This document shows, one piece after another, positions 30,301-42,600 of a stretch of DNA of 64,000 nt. Positions within the stretch are counted from its first letter, which is position 1. Each line of letters starts with the position of its first letter. The notes under the pieces were generated by a model. That model did no database searches and was not told where the DNA came from. It saw only the letters and a program-made list of their open reading frames with translations. The stretch is from positions 8,363,408-8,427,407 of the forward strand of contig OZ037771.1 in the NCBI GenBank assembly GCA_964035545.1. Direction: 5' to 3'. The position numbers were made by a program, and so were the translations under genes. Origin of the DNA: Bugula neritina (lineage: Eukaryota > Animalia > Bryozoa).

Positions 30301-31738
30301 TGGTGATGGAAGAATTGACGAAGACTGCGTCCAATCATCCACTGAAGCTTTTGGAAATGAATATGTGATCATGTTTATGGAAAATAATGTTGATGACAAT
30401 CCCAATGCTCAATCCTTTCTTGAGGTAATGTCTGTTGCAGCACAGCTAGCTTATCACAGCTGGATGTTTTTCAATTAAAAATAAACTCATTCAATTGGCT
30501 GTTGTTTAATTCCATGAGAAAACATAAAACACATTCTATAATAGTTGAGCTAAATCACCTTTTAAAAAGTTTTGCGACTGTTTAGACTGAATTAATGCAA
30601 ATAGATGAAATATAAAGTACTAGTATTATTTGTTACTTTTAAACTTGTCACTATAATAAAAACAACCAAAAAAACTTTGTTTTTTTATATATAATATCAC
30701 TTGAAAAATTGTTCTCTGATAGTTGAATATTGAATATTTTAAATATATTTTTAGATTTACGTTTCTGCCGTGGACAGCACTGCGACTGTAACTTATACTC
30801 TTACCAATGAACTTGGAGTATCGACTCGTACAATTGCACCCGGAGAAGTAGATATTTTCACTGACCTTCCAGTGTCCTTGAGACATACAGGCAGCGGAAT
30901 TGACACCAAATCTATTCACATTGTAGCCAGTGAAGATATTGTAGTTTATGGTATCAACAAACAGACTTGGTCTACGGATGGTTTCCTAGCGTTGCCAGTT
31001 GATGTTGTTGGCACCGAGTACTATACGGCTCATTTCCATCCGGGTTAGCTGTAGTCATACTGTTAAATCATAAGTGTACCTAGTTCATCATATAAACTAC
31101 ACTCACACAGATTATTGTTTCATAAAAGATATACTTATTCTATTATATATAAAATGATCATTAAAGTTTATTGACAAAAATGATGAAGTTCAGCTCAATA
31201 ATTGTAAATAATGTTTGCTTGATGACTCAAGGGTTTCTTACATTGATTAGCAGAATTGGTGAAATTGTAATTGACTCCAACCCTGTTGGTTAGCTGTTCT
31301 TCCTATTCAGAGAAATTTTTTATATTTATGGTACTTAACTATCCAACTAGACTCACTTAATAACTTGTATGTCACAAATAGGTTCGGATCTAAACGAGTT
31401 TGCCTTCACTCCAGTCCTTGATGATGGTTCAGCTACTCGAGTTACAATCACCATGCCTAATCGAGATATCACTGCCAGCTTTGGTGGAGTCTCGATAGGC
31501 AATGGCCAGTCCTACACAGTTGATGTGGAATTTGGACAAACAGCACAATTTCAGGCCGCCAACAACAATGACAATCTTAATGGAGTTCATATTGCATCTA
31601 CAAAACCGATAGCAGTTTTCTCTGGTGCGTTTTAGTTTATCATTGTTAAAAGTGTTTTACATAAAAATAATCAGTGTTGCGCAAGTTGTAATAATTTTTT
31701 TATTTCTTTAGATTCCACATTGCATTTAAGATGTTTAA

Positions 31739-31770
<32 letters not shown>

Positions 31771-31783
31771 TGCGTGCAGGTGT

Positions 31784-31814
<31 letters not shown>

Positions 31815-34800
31815 GGCGCGCCCATGCCGTGTGTCTTAATTTAATAAATTTACACAAATGGCTAAAATATGTATAAAATAAAGCTATTTATTTACTAATA
31901 GTTTCGCACAAAAAAGTCAAGTTGTGTTTAAATATTAAAGGATATTATGTGTTTGGTCGGGCATTTGGTGCTAATGTAGTTTATGCAATTTGTTATGAAT
32001 GTAAAAATAAATGTTATAGGAAACGTGAGAGCTCGTGTGGATCCTACTACAGCCAGCTCTAGAGATCATTTAGTTCAACAACTTGCGCCAGTCTCCACAT
32101 GGGGTACTGAGTTTATCACCTTACCAGTTCCGAGACAGGATGACCGAGGAGATTTCTTCTACATCACCGCCTCTACTGCCGGCACTAGTTTTGATGTTGC
32201 CATCAAAAACAATAATGGAGGAGCTGTCTCAGATACAACATACACTCTAGCTCAGCCAGGTGGGTACTTCTTCAATGACTGCAGTAAAACTTGCTAAAAT
32301 AAAACTTAAAATAGTAAGGAAGTTCCTATACAGGACAAAATTAGACATTTGGTCCGTCCGGTTCATAAAACTATATTTATATATTATACATGTTTAACTT
32401 CTCTAAGGCACTAATTCTGGTGGAAGATACTGCCTTTTAATAAATTTTCTTGCATAAAACTATACATTGCTATGGTTTGGTTGTGGAAACTTATGGTCCA
32501 ATCAGAGGGTTGTAGGTTGTAAACTTGTGGAGCATGTGTAGGAACCTTATGACTCATTAGAGTGTACCTGACATACATTACCCATCAACATCTGATTGCC
32601 ACTGTCTAAAATGCAGAGTTAGGAAAGATAGGCCTTGCCAATGTTTTTTTGTTATGAAATACAAATTGTCCTGCAAACAAAATTAAAATACCTCAAGAAT
32701 TATTTATGGCACAAACTTAAAAAGATAACATAAGACAAGCTTTAAGCTAATAAGCTATGCCTTGTGTTATTTTAACCAAAATAGAAAGTTCTAGCTTGCC
32801 ATACCACACACATGGTTATCATAACATCCTATAGCTGCATACATCCTATAGAATGTGATAAGGGTAGGTTATGTTGGCCAGTGATTCCTTAATATTCATA
32901 AATTTTTATTTTTGCCAAAAAGGAGGAAACGTATTAAAAATTCTTCTGTTATGTTAAGTTAAGCAAACAAATTACAATTATTTGGCTATTCATAGGGGAT
33001 TTCCAGCAAATCGAAGTTGGTAGTTTTCAATACAGCCATATTCAGTCTACTCGCCCTGTCCAAGTGTTCCAGTATGTAAAGACAACAGCTAACAAGGATT
33101 CTGACAATGCTGACCCAGCAATGATGGTAAGAGTTTCCTTTCCTTTTCTTTTATTGCTTGTGAGAGCCATCATGATACAGTGGTGTACAGTGGTGTACAG
33201 CGGTGTACAGCGGTGTACAGCGGTGTACAGCGGTGTACAGCGGTGTACAGCGGTGTACAGCGGTGTACAGCGGTGTGCAGCGGTGTACATGGTACAGTGT
33301 GTTTGAGAATATGAAATACACTAAGTGGTAGTTGTGAGATAAGCTCTCAATCAAAGACTACTAAGATTCATGAGTAGTCAACAACGGAACTTGCATAAGT
33401 TTTCTGGCTTTTACAGCTGATACCTCCAGTAGAACAATGGTCAAGGAACTACCAATTTGTTACGCCACGAACAGGGCAAGAGATCCCAGGGGGTGGTGGC
33501 TTTGAGCCCTTCCAAACTTTTGTCATGATTGCCATTGCTAGAAATGATAGAGACGGACTACGGTTAGATGGTGCTCCACTAAACAACCCTGCTTGGGTAC
33601 CCCTTACAGGTATATATGAAAAGTATACGTTTTAATTAGTGACCTTATTGCATACATATTATTAGCAATGCTATCATATGATCTTCTGCATAAAAATCTT
33701 AGTTGTTAATTGAATGAAATGCAATTGTTTATTTTACAATTTAGAAAGCTTAGTGTATATCTAACTGTATTTAATTTTTTTCTATTTTAAAATAAAGCGA
33801 CAGGTGAGTTAGGTTCAATATAATTGCTACCAACAGTTGCAGACTAGTGTGCAAGGGTCAAGGTCTAACTTTCGCTTTGTGCTCCTAAATTTTGGCCTCA
33901 AGCCATAATAACCAGGAACCTTAGTCTATTTCTTGAACTCAATTTTTTCATTGGGGGCCTGCATGCATGTATTGCAAGAAAAACTTTAAACCTTCAATTG
34001 GGCTGAGCTGAAGGTCTCTTTGTACTGTATTTATTACTGAGTTATATGAAATTGGACTATGCTACAACTGTTGAAAATCACTAGCTTACTATTGGTCATT
34101 GTTGTGTTCACATGCTATACTAACTCCATTTTTATTGGCTAAACTGCTTTGAGCATCATTACTAAATGTTGTTTACCACTGGTAGTTATACAGTTACAAT
34201 ACTTTTGCTACATATACTTTAACTCGCCAAAATGCTGCTTTATTATTTTGCTTGTAATGCCATTTGCTAGTAGCGGATTTACCCCTATGCTCACACCACT
34301 ACTGTTCTGCTAGTAGAGTGTTTGTCCCCCCTTGCTCTTAATTTACTGACTAATGCTGCTGCACTGCACGCTGACTATGAGTCTGCTACAAGGTGGCACT
34401 TGACTGGAACACATTCATTGAGCATAGAGTATTACTTGCTATAGTTTACTGTTTCAGAGAACGTAACTTACTGATGACAAAGGAAAGTTGGTTTGTGTAG
34501 TTTTAGGCTATAAAGTTAAAATGATCGTACATAGCTACAATTTTCACACAGACACCCACTGTATAAATATGGAGTAAGATAATGTAGAAAAATATGCCAA
34601 CTTAAAATTAAGATCTCTGGTTATGCTTACTGTGAGTGATCAACTGGGTGCTTATAATTTCCAGGAATAGCAATTTCTGCGACTCAAATTGAAATTGGGA
34701 CTGTTGGCAGACACAGTCTTACTCACATCGACGAAGGTGTCTACTTCCAGGCGCTTATGTATGGCCGAGCTGACAGGGAATCCTACGCCCTTCCTCTGGG

Positions 34801-37800
34801 TCAGTAGCAATATAAGATACTACTATACAGTATAATATACTACTATACAGTATAATATACTACTATACAGTATAATATACTACTATACAGTATAATATAC
34901 TACTATACAGTATAATATACTACTATACAGTATAATATACTACTATACAGTATAATATACTACTTCACAGTGTAATATACAATTATACAGTGTAACATAC
35001 ACTACAGTATAATATACTATACAGTGTAATATACTATGCAGTGTAATATACTATACGGTGTAATATACTACTATGCTGTGTAATATGCTATACAGTGTAA
35101 TATACTATACAGTGTAATATACTATACAGTGTAATATACTATACAGTATATTATACTATACAGTGTAATATACTATACAGTGTAATATACTATACAGTGT
35201 AATATACTATACAGTACAATATACAATACAGTGTAATATACAATACAGTATAATATACTATACAGTGTAATATACTGTACATTATACTATACTATACAGT
35301 ATACTATACTATACAGTGTAATATACTATACAGTATAATATACTATACAGTATAATATACTACTATACGGTGTAATATACTATACAGTGTAATATACTAT
35401 ACAGTATAATATACTATACAGTATAATATACTATACAGTGTAATATACTATAGAGTGTTGTCAAACAGGTATGAGACTGGTGGCTCAAGGCTGTGTGCCT
35501 ACCACACAGACTGATGGTGATAATATTGACAATGATTGTGACGGGTCAATTGATGAGGAGGTGTGTAATGGAATTGACGATGATATCGACGGGGTAGTAG
35601 ATGAAGATTGTGGTGGTAAGACATCATCTGGAAATAAACTAAATAGAATAATTGACTCAAAATTTCTGCATCTTATAGGCTGTGATCCTGCTATCAATAA
35701 AGTGCTGATTCAGTTGCCAAAGTTTACAAATAGAAACTGTCTAACACAAGTAGGCATAGAGATTTCTGAGGTACAAAACCAGGCACAGTATTTGTATCAA
35801 CATTACTTGCAGTAGAATGACTTCTATAGTATGTGGGTATGCAAACAATCGTCTTATAGTTATAACGTGACTGCTTGTAGATGGTGATGCATCCGGCACT
35901 GAGTTTTACGTAACTTACATGGAGAACACGGTCGAGTATCCACAAGACTTGGATCTTGAGCTTTACATCGCCGTGGTTGGATCAGAGAGGGCGACAGTAA
36001 CTGTAAGGGTGCCTCTATTTGACAACCCTAACTACGACATGACAACTATGGTTGAACCTGGTGTAGTTCAAGGCTATGGTTTAACCCATCGCTTGAGGAA
36101 TGTCAATCAAGGCATAACTGGCAATACGGTTTATGTGAGGTACGAATGCTATTTTATACTGAATAAAATACAAGTTTCAATGTATGACTGGCTTATGGGA
36201 ATGGTTAGAATAATTTCCTTCTTTGTGCTGGTTTTCGGTTCAACTATGCAGAACATGTTTGCTGATAGTTATATAACAGTAATGGTTCACTTGCTGACAT
36301 GCTTAACTTTATTTGCTGCAATTGCTATTTCGAGTGAAAGCCTGTTAAATACTTGTATTTTACAGAGCAAGTTCAGATGTTGTGGTGTATGGAGTAAACA
36401 AGGAGAAGTTTTCTAATGATGCCTTCCTGGTGTACCCCCAGAGTGCCCTTGGTACAAACTACTACACTTGTTCCTGGGCCCCTTCAACTTTAGACACTGA
36501 GTTTGCTGTTGTAGCCACTGCAGATAGTACTACGGTATGATGCCATATATATGTGCGTGCGTGCGTGTGTGTATGCGTGTGTGCGTGTGTGTGTAGTCTT
36601 TTTAAATTTAAATTTTTCAAAATTGTAAACAGCTATAAAATGGTGTTGTACTTATACTTTAGGTTACCATAACACTACCAAACAACAGAGCCAACCTACA
36701 AGTTGAGGCAAATGGAAATGTTTACTCTAGTGGGCAGAGCTTCACAGTTACACTTGACAGGTTCCAGGTGTATCAGGGCCAGAGTGAGGGGGATCTGACG
36801 GGCACCCGAGTGCAAGCTAATCGTGGAGTTGCAGTCTACTCAGGAAATGTGAGAACACTTATTGAGTACTCTGCCTCCAGAGATCATTTAGTCCAACAGA
36901 TGCTCCCTACTGGTAAGTCTTACTCTATGTAGCCTCAGTAAATCTGTCCCCAGTATATAAGCCTTTTTACAAGCAATACACAAAACTAGGTATAACAATA
37001 ATATAAATTATATAATTATTTAAGTGTAAACTAGCTCTTTTTAAAAAACCTAACACGTTTTGTGCTCTGATTAAAACTGCTCGCTAATTTACAATAATAC
37101 AAAGCAACAGAAACATGCAGTTTAAATTATACCAATATCAGTTAAAATGCCCGTGATTTCTGCACAGGTGCATATGGCACAACTTTCCAAGTGGTTCCTT
37201 TCCCTGACAGAACTGTTGGTGATAGCTTAAAGATTGTTGCTAGCACTTCAAACACTGAAGTGTCTGTCAATGGAATCCGCATAGACACACTGGGAGCTGG
37301 AGAGTTCGCTTCATACCCACTGAGGTAATATTGAATGACGTAATATTATACAATACTGTGACTAATTAAAGTTGCTTTATTTATATTTTATTATAAATTG
37401 TATAATTGAACAGCAAAAATCTTTAATAATACATTAATTAGTGCATTTAAAAATTCCTCATTATACAATTATAATTTCCTGATTGTGTTGAGAAGACAAC
37501 TCTAATACTCTGATAATGGTCTATATTCAAGATTAAATCATTCTGTAGTATACTTTAATATGCTGTGATTCGCGACAAAACTCTTGCTCCATAACCGTCC
37601 CTTATATTTTTGCAGAAGATTAAAAATGAGATGTTTTTGACATAATTAATTTTAGCTCTTCAAGCAGCGTTACCCTGACTGCAAGCAACCCAGTTATGGT
37701 TGTCCAGTTTGTCAAATCTCAAAATGGCCGTGACAACACTGAGAAAGCCGATCCTTCTATGTTCATCGTACCTTCAGTAGACAACTACGTAACCAGTGCT

Positions 37801-38736
37801 ACCTTCGCCACCCCAGTGTACACTGGAGGTAGAGATCCCGACGAAGACTACATCAACTTTGTCACCCTCATCATTCTAAATGGACAGCAAGGTTAGCTTT
37901 GAGCCCAATACTGCATAGATCTAATAATACTCAAGTATTCTATAAATCATCATCTTGATACATGTGTGCTAACTACATATATTCAACCGATACTAAACAC
38001 AAATGAACACATACTAAATGTCATCTACATGTAGAGTCCAGGCTGTCCAACAGGCGGCCCCAGCCCCCAGCCTACATTTATGTGGCCTTCAAGGGCATAA
38101 CAAATAAAATTATTTTTCGCACAATTAATAATTAGATGAAAAAATCACTTCCTAAATGTCTTATTTATATGCATGTTATAACAAATGCAGCCTGCAGTAA
38201 CCATTATGACTTAATAATGTAACGATTCATAAGAATTTAGAATAAAGTATTTTGAAAGTTTTGATGCTGTGGCCTTCAGCTCAAACTAACTTTTACAATG
38301 TGGCCCTCACCACTGGAATATTCCCCCTCAGTGGCCCGCAGTGTGAAAAGATTGGACACCCCTGATTATGTAGACTATAAAATCATTGGTTAAAAACTGC
38401 AATGGATATCAAGATTGGTATTAACGATTAACAAAAAATAGAACCATCTTTTGGTCTTAGTAGTATTTTAGAGTTTATTTTATGCTGATAGAAAGTTCTT
38501 TTAGTAAACAAACTCAATTTTAATATATTCCAGGTAATGTGAGGGTTAATGGGAACAGCCTGGTGAATCCGGACTGGCAGCGAGCAGGCAACTCTAACTA
38601 CTTCACCACCACCTTTACAGTAGAAAGTGGACGAAGCCACACTGTAACTACCACCTCCGGGGCTAGTTTCTACGGCAGACTATATGGACGTGCCGACAGA
38701 GAGTCTTATGCCTTCCCTATCGGCTTTAGGTTTTAG
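21332..38736 (+). CDS. Secreted protein: signal peptide + 3 IgGFc-binding (FCGBP N-terminal-like) domains separated by paired DNDCDG-x-x-DE acidic metal-binding motifs (about 22 exons)
   Basis: Exon 21332-21383 (MKVCYLVALLASVLTSS) splices in phase to 23607 (YGNTAGRTFHLVFLEN). Three repeats each show G-x-x-F/Y-x-x-x-F/Y-M/L-EN, VYGxNK..SxDG/AF, DL/NLxG..AVF/YSGNVR..SRDHLVxQ, ADPA/SM and YGxxDRESYA. Linkers are DGVDNDCDGQVDEESCNSVDDDGDGRIDEDC (about 30236) and DNIDNDCDGSIDEEVCNGIDDDIDGVVDEDC (about 35520). Stop at 38734-38736. Confidence 0.88.
25612..26040. repeat. 30-bp minisatellite, about 14 copies, ending at a splice acceptor
   Basis: Unit actagtacttctacactgagtactacatat; the array runs into ctctacag|ATTGCT. 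Confidence 0.9.
26198..27695. repeat. 29-bp minisatellite, about 50 copies, each containing the splice donor atag|gtaatg
   Basis: Unit ggtaatgttatattcagtggtaatatata; the first copy is the true exon end (attatag|gtaatg at about 26202). Confidence 0.95.
31738..31814. repeat. (TG)n/(TGCG)n microsatellite
   Basis: Seen directly. Confidence 0.9.
33175..33300. repeat. 10-bp tandem repeat (cggtgtacag)n
   Basis: About 12 copies in an intron. Confidence 0.9.
34815..35455. repeat. 17/20-bp minisatellite filling nearly the whole intron
   Basis: Units tactatacagtataatatac and tatactatacagtgtaa, between the donor at about 34800 and the acceptor at 35468. Confidence 0.9.
38039..38364. mobile_element. 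Non-autonomous hAT/Charlie-like MITE
   Basis: Imperfect TIRs caggctgtccaa ... ttggacacccctg, with subterminal gcggccc/gtggccc motifs typical of hAT elements. No clear target-site duplication. Confidence 0.65.
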
Positions 38737-39607
38737 TTTGTTCCAAGTTGACACTTGTAAGATATCAGTAATGACTTTTGAAAAGTAAGAAATTTATCAC
38801 AGATTATTATTTTTACTATATCATGGTGAATAACATAGAGTTGTTTAGAACTCAATCAGCTAAAATAAGTTTTAGGGAAGAATCTTCATTGTCACTTTAG
38901 TTTCATGGGTATATAAGGATGTACATATCTTGAAGCATGGTTTATATACGCATGTGGATACATACCTGCATACTTATGTAATTAGCAGCTCATTGTATAT
39001 TACAACCATATACTAAATCACATTCTTTAACATCTGTGAATTTCTATATAATCTTATTTTATAATTTTTTGGCTTTTAGATATTATGATCACTGGTTTTA
39101 CTATAGATAAATTATATTTACATACGGTTAATAATTAGCAGTTTTGATAATTAGGTAGATTTTACAACTCTATATTTTCATTTTCCAATTAGTGAGCTAT
39201 GCTGTTTACAAACATTTTATCTCAAGACTTGGCTATAATTTTACACATGCTTTTATGGGAAGATAATTTTATTCATGACATTGCTATTGGCTGGTAAATT
39301 ACCCTTTACTGTCGCATTACAACAGTGCTCTAGGTAGCATGAAGACATGAGTTTTGAATTATTGCAAATAGATGGATGATTTTAATAAAGTTTGAAAAGC
39401 TGTGCTGAGATTTGACTCAAGAAGTTGTTTAAACAAACTACAAGGCTAGATAACTTGTTAGTTTCAGCTAATTATATTTTATACTTGCACATAACTTATA
39501 ACATAATACCAATCAATTGTGAATGTAAGACATAAATTTTTTAAACACCTTGTTGCTCATAAAAATGTCAATTATAATGAACTCAAGCTTGGGTAAATGA
39601 AACATCA

Positions 39608-42600
39608 TTAGCGCTGGAGAGATTCTTCTTTCATGCTGGTAATTCGACTCAATGATGGTGACTTCATCAATTCGTTGAAAAGAGTTTTTTCACTGGAATT
39701 CAACGCCATCAGAGGTCTAAGACTAGACAATAAACTCTTGAATAGATCAGGAAACATAATCTCTTGACTGGCCAGCAACTGCTTAACCCTGTGTCGTTCC
39801 TAAAACACAAGAGAAAATGTCAACTACACCAATACAGCCAGCCAATGTAAAACCTTTGTCCACTGTAGAAAATATTACAATTGTAATAGCTGTTAAATGC
39901 AGGAGACTTTCCATGAACTTAGTCACAAATCTTTGCAGAAAGGTAAACAGTTTAGAAAAGAATAAGCATTTTTAAACACTCAATTTTTGAATAGAACAAA
40001 ATTTATATCTTGGGATTCATTCATCAATAAATACCTTAGGTTGTTCAAAGCAAGCTGGACAGTTTTCGGCAATAATAGGCAGCTTTTGCGTTTCCGCAAA
40101 ATCTCGGAGACTCTTTTCTCTTAGATATACAAGTGGCCGGATGACTCTTAAGTCACCTTCAGCGACTGTATAATGGGCTTTCATTGTTCTGAGTAATCCA
40201 TTGTGAAATACCGACATCAGAAAACTGGCAAAAATACCAACAAGCATATAAATTCCTTTTTATGTGATGGACAATTTACCTAATAAAATTTTACCTTAAA
40301 GTATTTTCTGAGAATATTTACAGGTATTTTGATGGTTCATTGAATACAGCCATATCATATAGCAAAAGTAACGTCTTTTTTACGTTTTATTATGAAAAGA
40401 TTGAAAATACTGGAAATGTACAGTTCGAGGTAAAAGGTGCAGTAATAGAGAAATTGAAAAAAGCCTGGGTTCTAGATTAGAGTTATAGCAACAAAAATGA
40501 TGTTCTCATGATACCTTCAACCTGAGCTCCAATCAAAAATATATTAAAAACATTAAAAATCATGGGCCAATAAAATTTCCCTATTACTGCACAGTTTAAG
40601 GCTTTAAGCTATATCTTTAGCAATCTCTTGTTGTGTAGTCTAGTAGCTGATTGGTAGGAATATGGCTACGTGTCTGCAGGGCTATAGACACAGACAAGCT
40701 AGTATATCACGGAGAGGATACGATGAGCACAACAAACAGTTTAGCTAACATAATTAAACAGTGATGCCTATTGCTTATTACTCGGAGTGACAATGCACCC
40801 AACCAGTTTATGTTACACACTGCAAAACAGAGACAGAAATAAAATATTTTCAAGGATTATAATAGCTTGAAGAACAAAAATGTATATTGATCGAAATTAT
40901 TTTTTTAAACTAGAAGCAGCTGTAATTAATGCTTCTTATTATTAGCTTGATATGTTTTGGCGATTATTCAGTAATTGACAAGTAGACCAGCAAATTTCAT
41001 TACATATAATATTGTATATAATTGACAGTAATGGTGGAAGGCTAATACTTTACAAACCATATTTCAAAATGTTTTATAGCAAATAGCAAAGATGAGTATG
41101 TGTTATGAATGTTGCTTTTATTCCATTATTCCAATAGTTTAAAGATGGAGAGTGTAGCATGCTTTACGCCATGTCACATGTGGTGTCGGAAACACATATT
41201 AGACTGTTTTCAGAGTAATAAACAATTATTTTCAAACAGATGTTAATTGACTGTGATGATTAATTAATTAAAAAAGTAAATATATACTAAAGTTTTAATT
41301 ACAAAATGGTAAAATTACTTTCATATATTTCAAACAAAAACAAGTACAAAGATAAATCATGTAACAAAGTGAACTTTGTTATGAAGGACATTGAAGGAAT
41401 AGGAGTTGCTCAACAAACTCCATTTAATCGCCTTTCCATCCTCTGTCTGGTTCTCCTGGAACCACGTCTTGACCGAGATCTAGAGGATTTGCGTGACGAT
41501 TTTTTAGCTTTTCTACTTCGTGTACGTTTGCCACGTACAGAGGGTTTTTTTCTCAAGGATGAACGAGAAGTTTTCCTACCACGCTGTGATTTCTTTTTAA
41601 ATAACTTATTAATTACACTAGCACTAAAAGAATAGAAAAATAAGGCATTTTGAGTACAAAGAAAAGAAGTGGAATAAAATAATGTAATGAGTTGCGCTGT
41701 AGAAATGATACGTTAAAAGACTATACATTGAGGGAAAGCAGTATTAAGTTTAAAATACCTTATAAAGACACTTGTCAATGTGCCACACTTGTAGCAGTAG
41801 CCTCGAGCCATTGTCGCGCCATTTGGCACAACTCTAGTTTTAGTATCACACTGCATAGTCTTCTTTTCACAAGTGAAACAGTATGCACAGATTTGCACGC
41901 ATTTACTCTTTGAACGCATCTTATATTTTGCATATGACTATTAATCTAAGCTGTTCAAATGCTCCGATCCTGTTGGTGCAATTATTTAAAAACTAAAAGC
42001 TTGACCTGCAACTTCAATGATGTCATCGAAAATGTAGACTTTAAATGGCTTCCTGTTAGATTCTATCAAACCATTTATGACAAGTATACACAATGGAGAC
42101 TCATTGCTAGCTTGTTTGAAAATATCATAAATACCATTGAAATGTGAAAATCAAAAACATTTACGGCAACAAAATAATAATTATTCTGAGTATATAAAAT
42201 GAGTATTAACATAATAGTACAGCAATAAATATTGTGTGCCTATGCATTTCTATCAGCAAGCAATGTGCAAATTTGCTGTTTCAAAAAAGGCATAGATTTT
42301 AATAAATATAGCAAAGCAACAGCAGTCAATCTGTTAATATAAGTAATCAGTACTAATACTGATTACTAAGCACTAGTACTGATTATTAAGTACTAGTATT
42401 GATTACTAAGCACTAGTATTGATTACTAAGTACTAGTACTGATTACTAAGCACTAGTACTGATTATTAAGTACTAGTATTGATTACTAAGCACTAGTATT
42501 GATTACTAAGTACTAGTACTGATTACTAAGCACTAGTACTGATTACTAAGTACTAGTACTGATTACTAAGCACTAGTACTGATTACTAAGCACTAGTACT

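Noticed and set aside
41306-41635. 109-aa plus-strand ORF
   Set aside because: Antisense shadow of exon 2 of the nested basic-protein gene, which has splice signals and a coherent composition on the minus strand.
41410-41919. Nested ORF as alternative exons of the host gene
   Set aside because: The host intron is phase 2, the AG before the nested ATG would be phase 0 and lacks a pyrimidine tract, and the nested ORF has its own start, stop and poly(A) signal.
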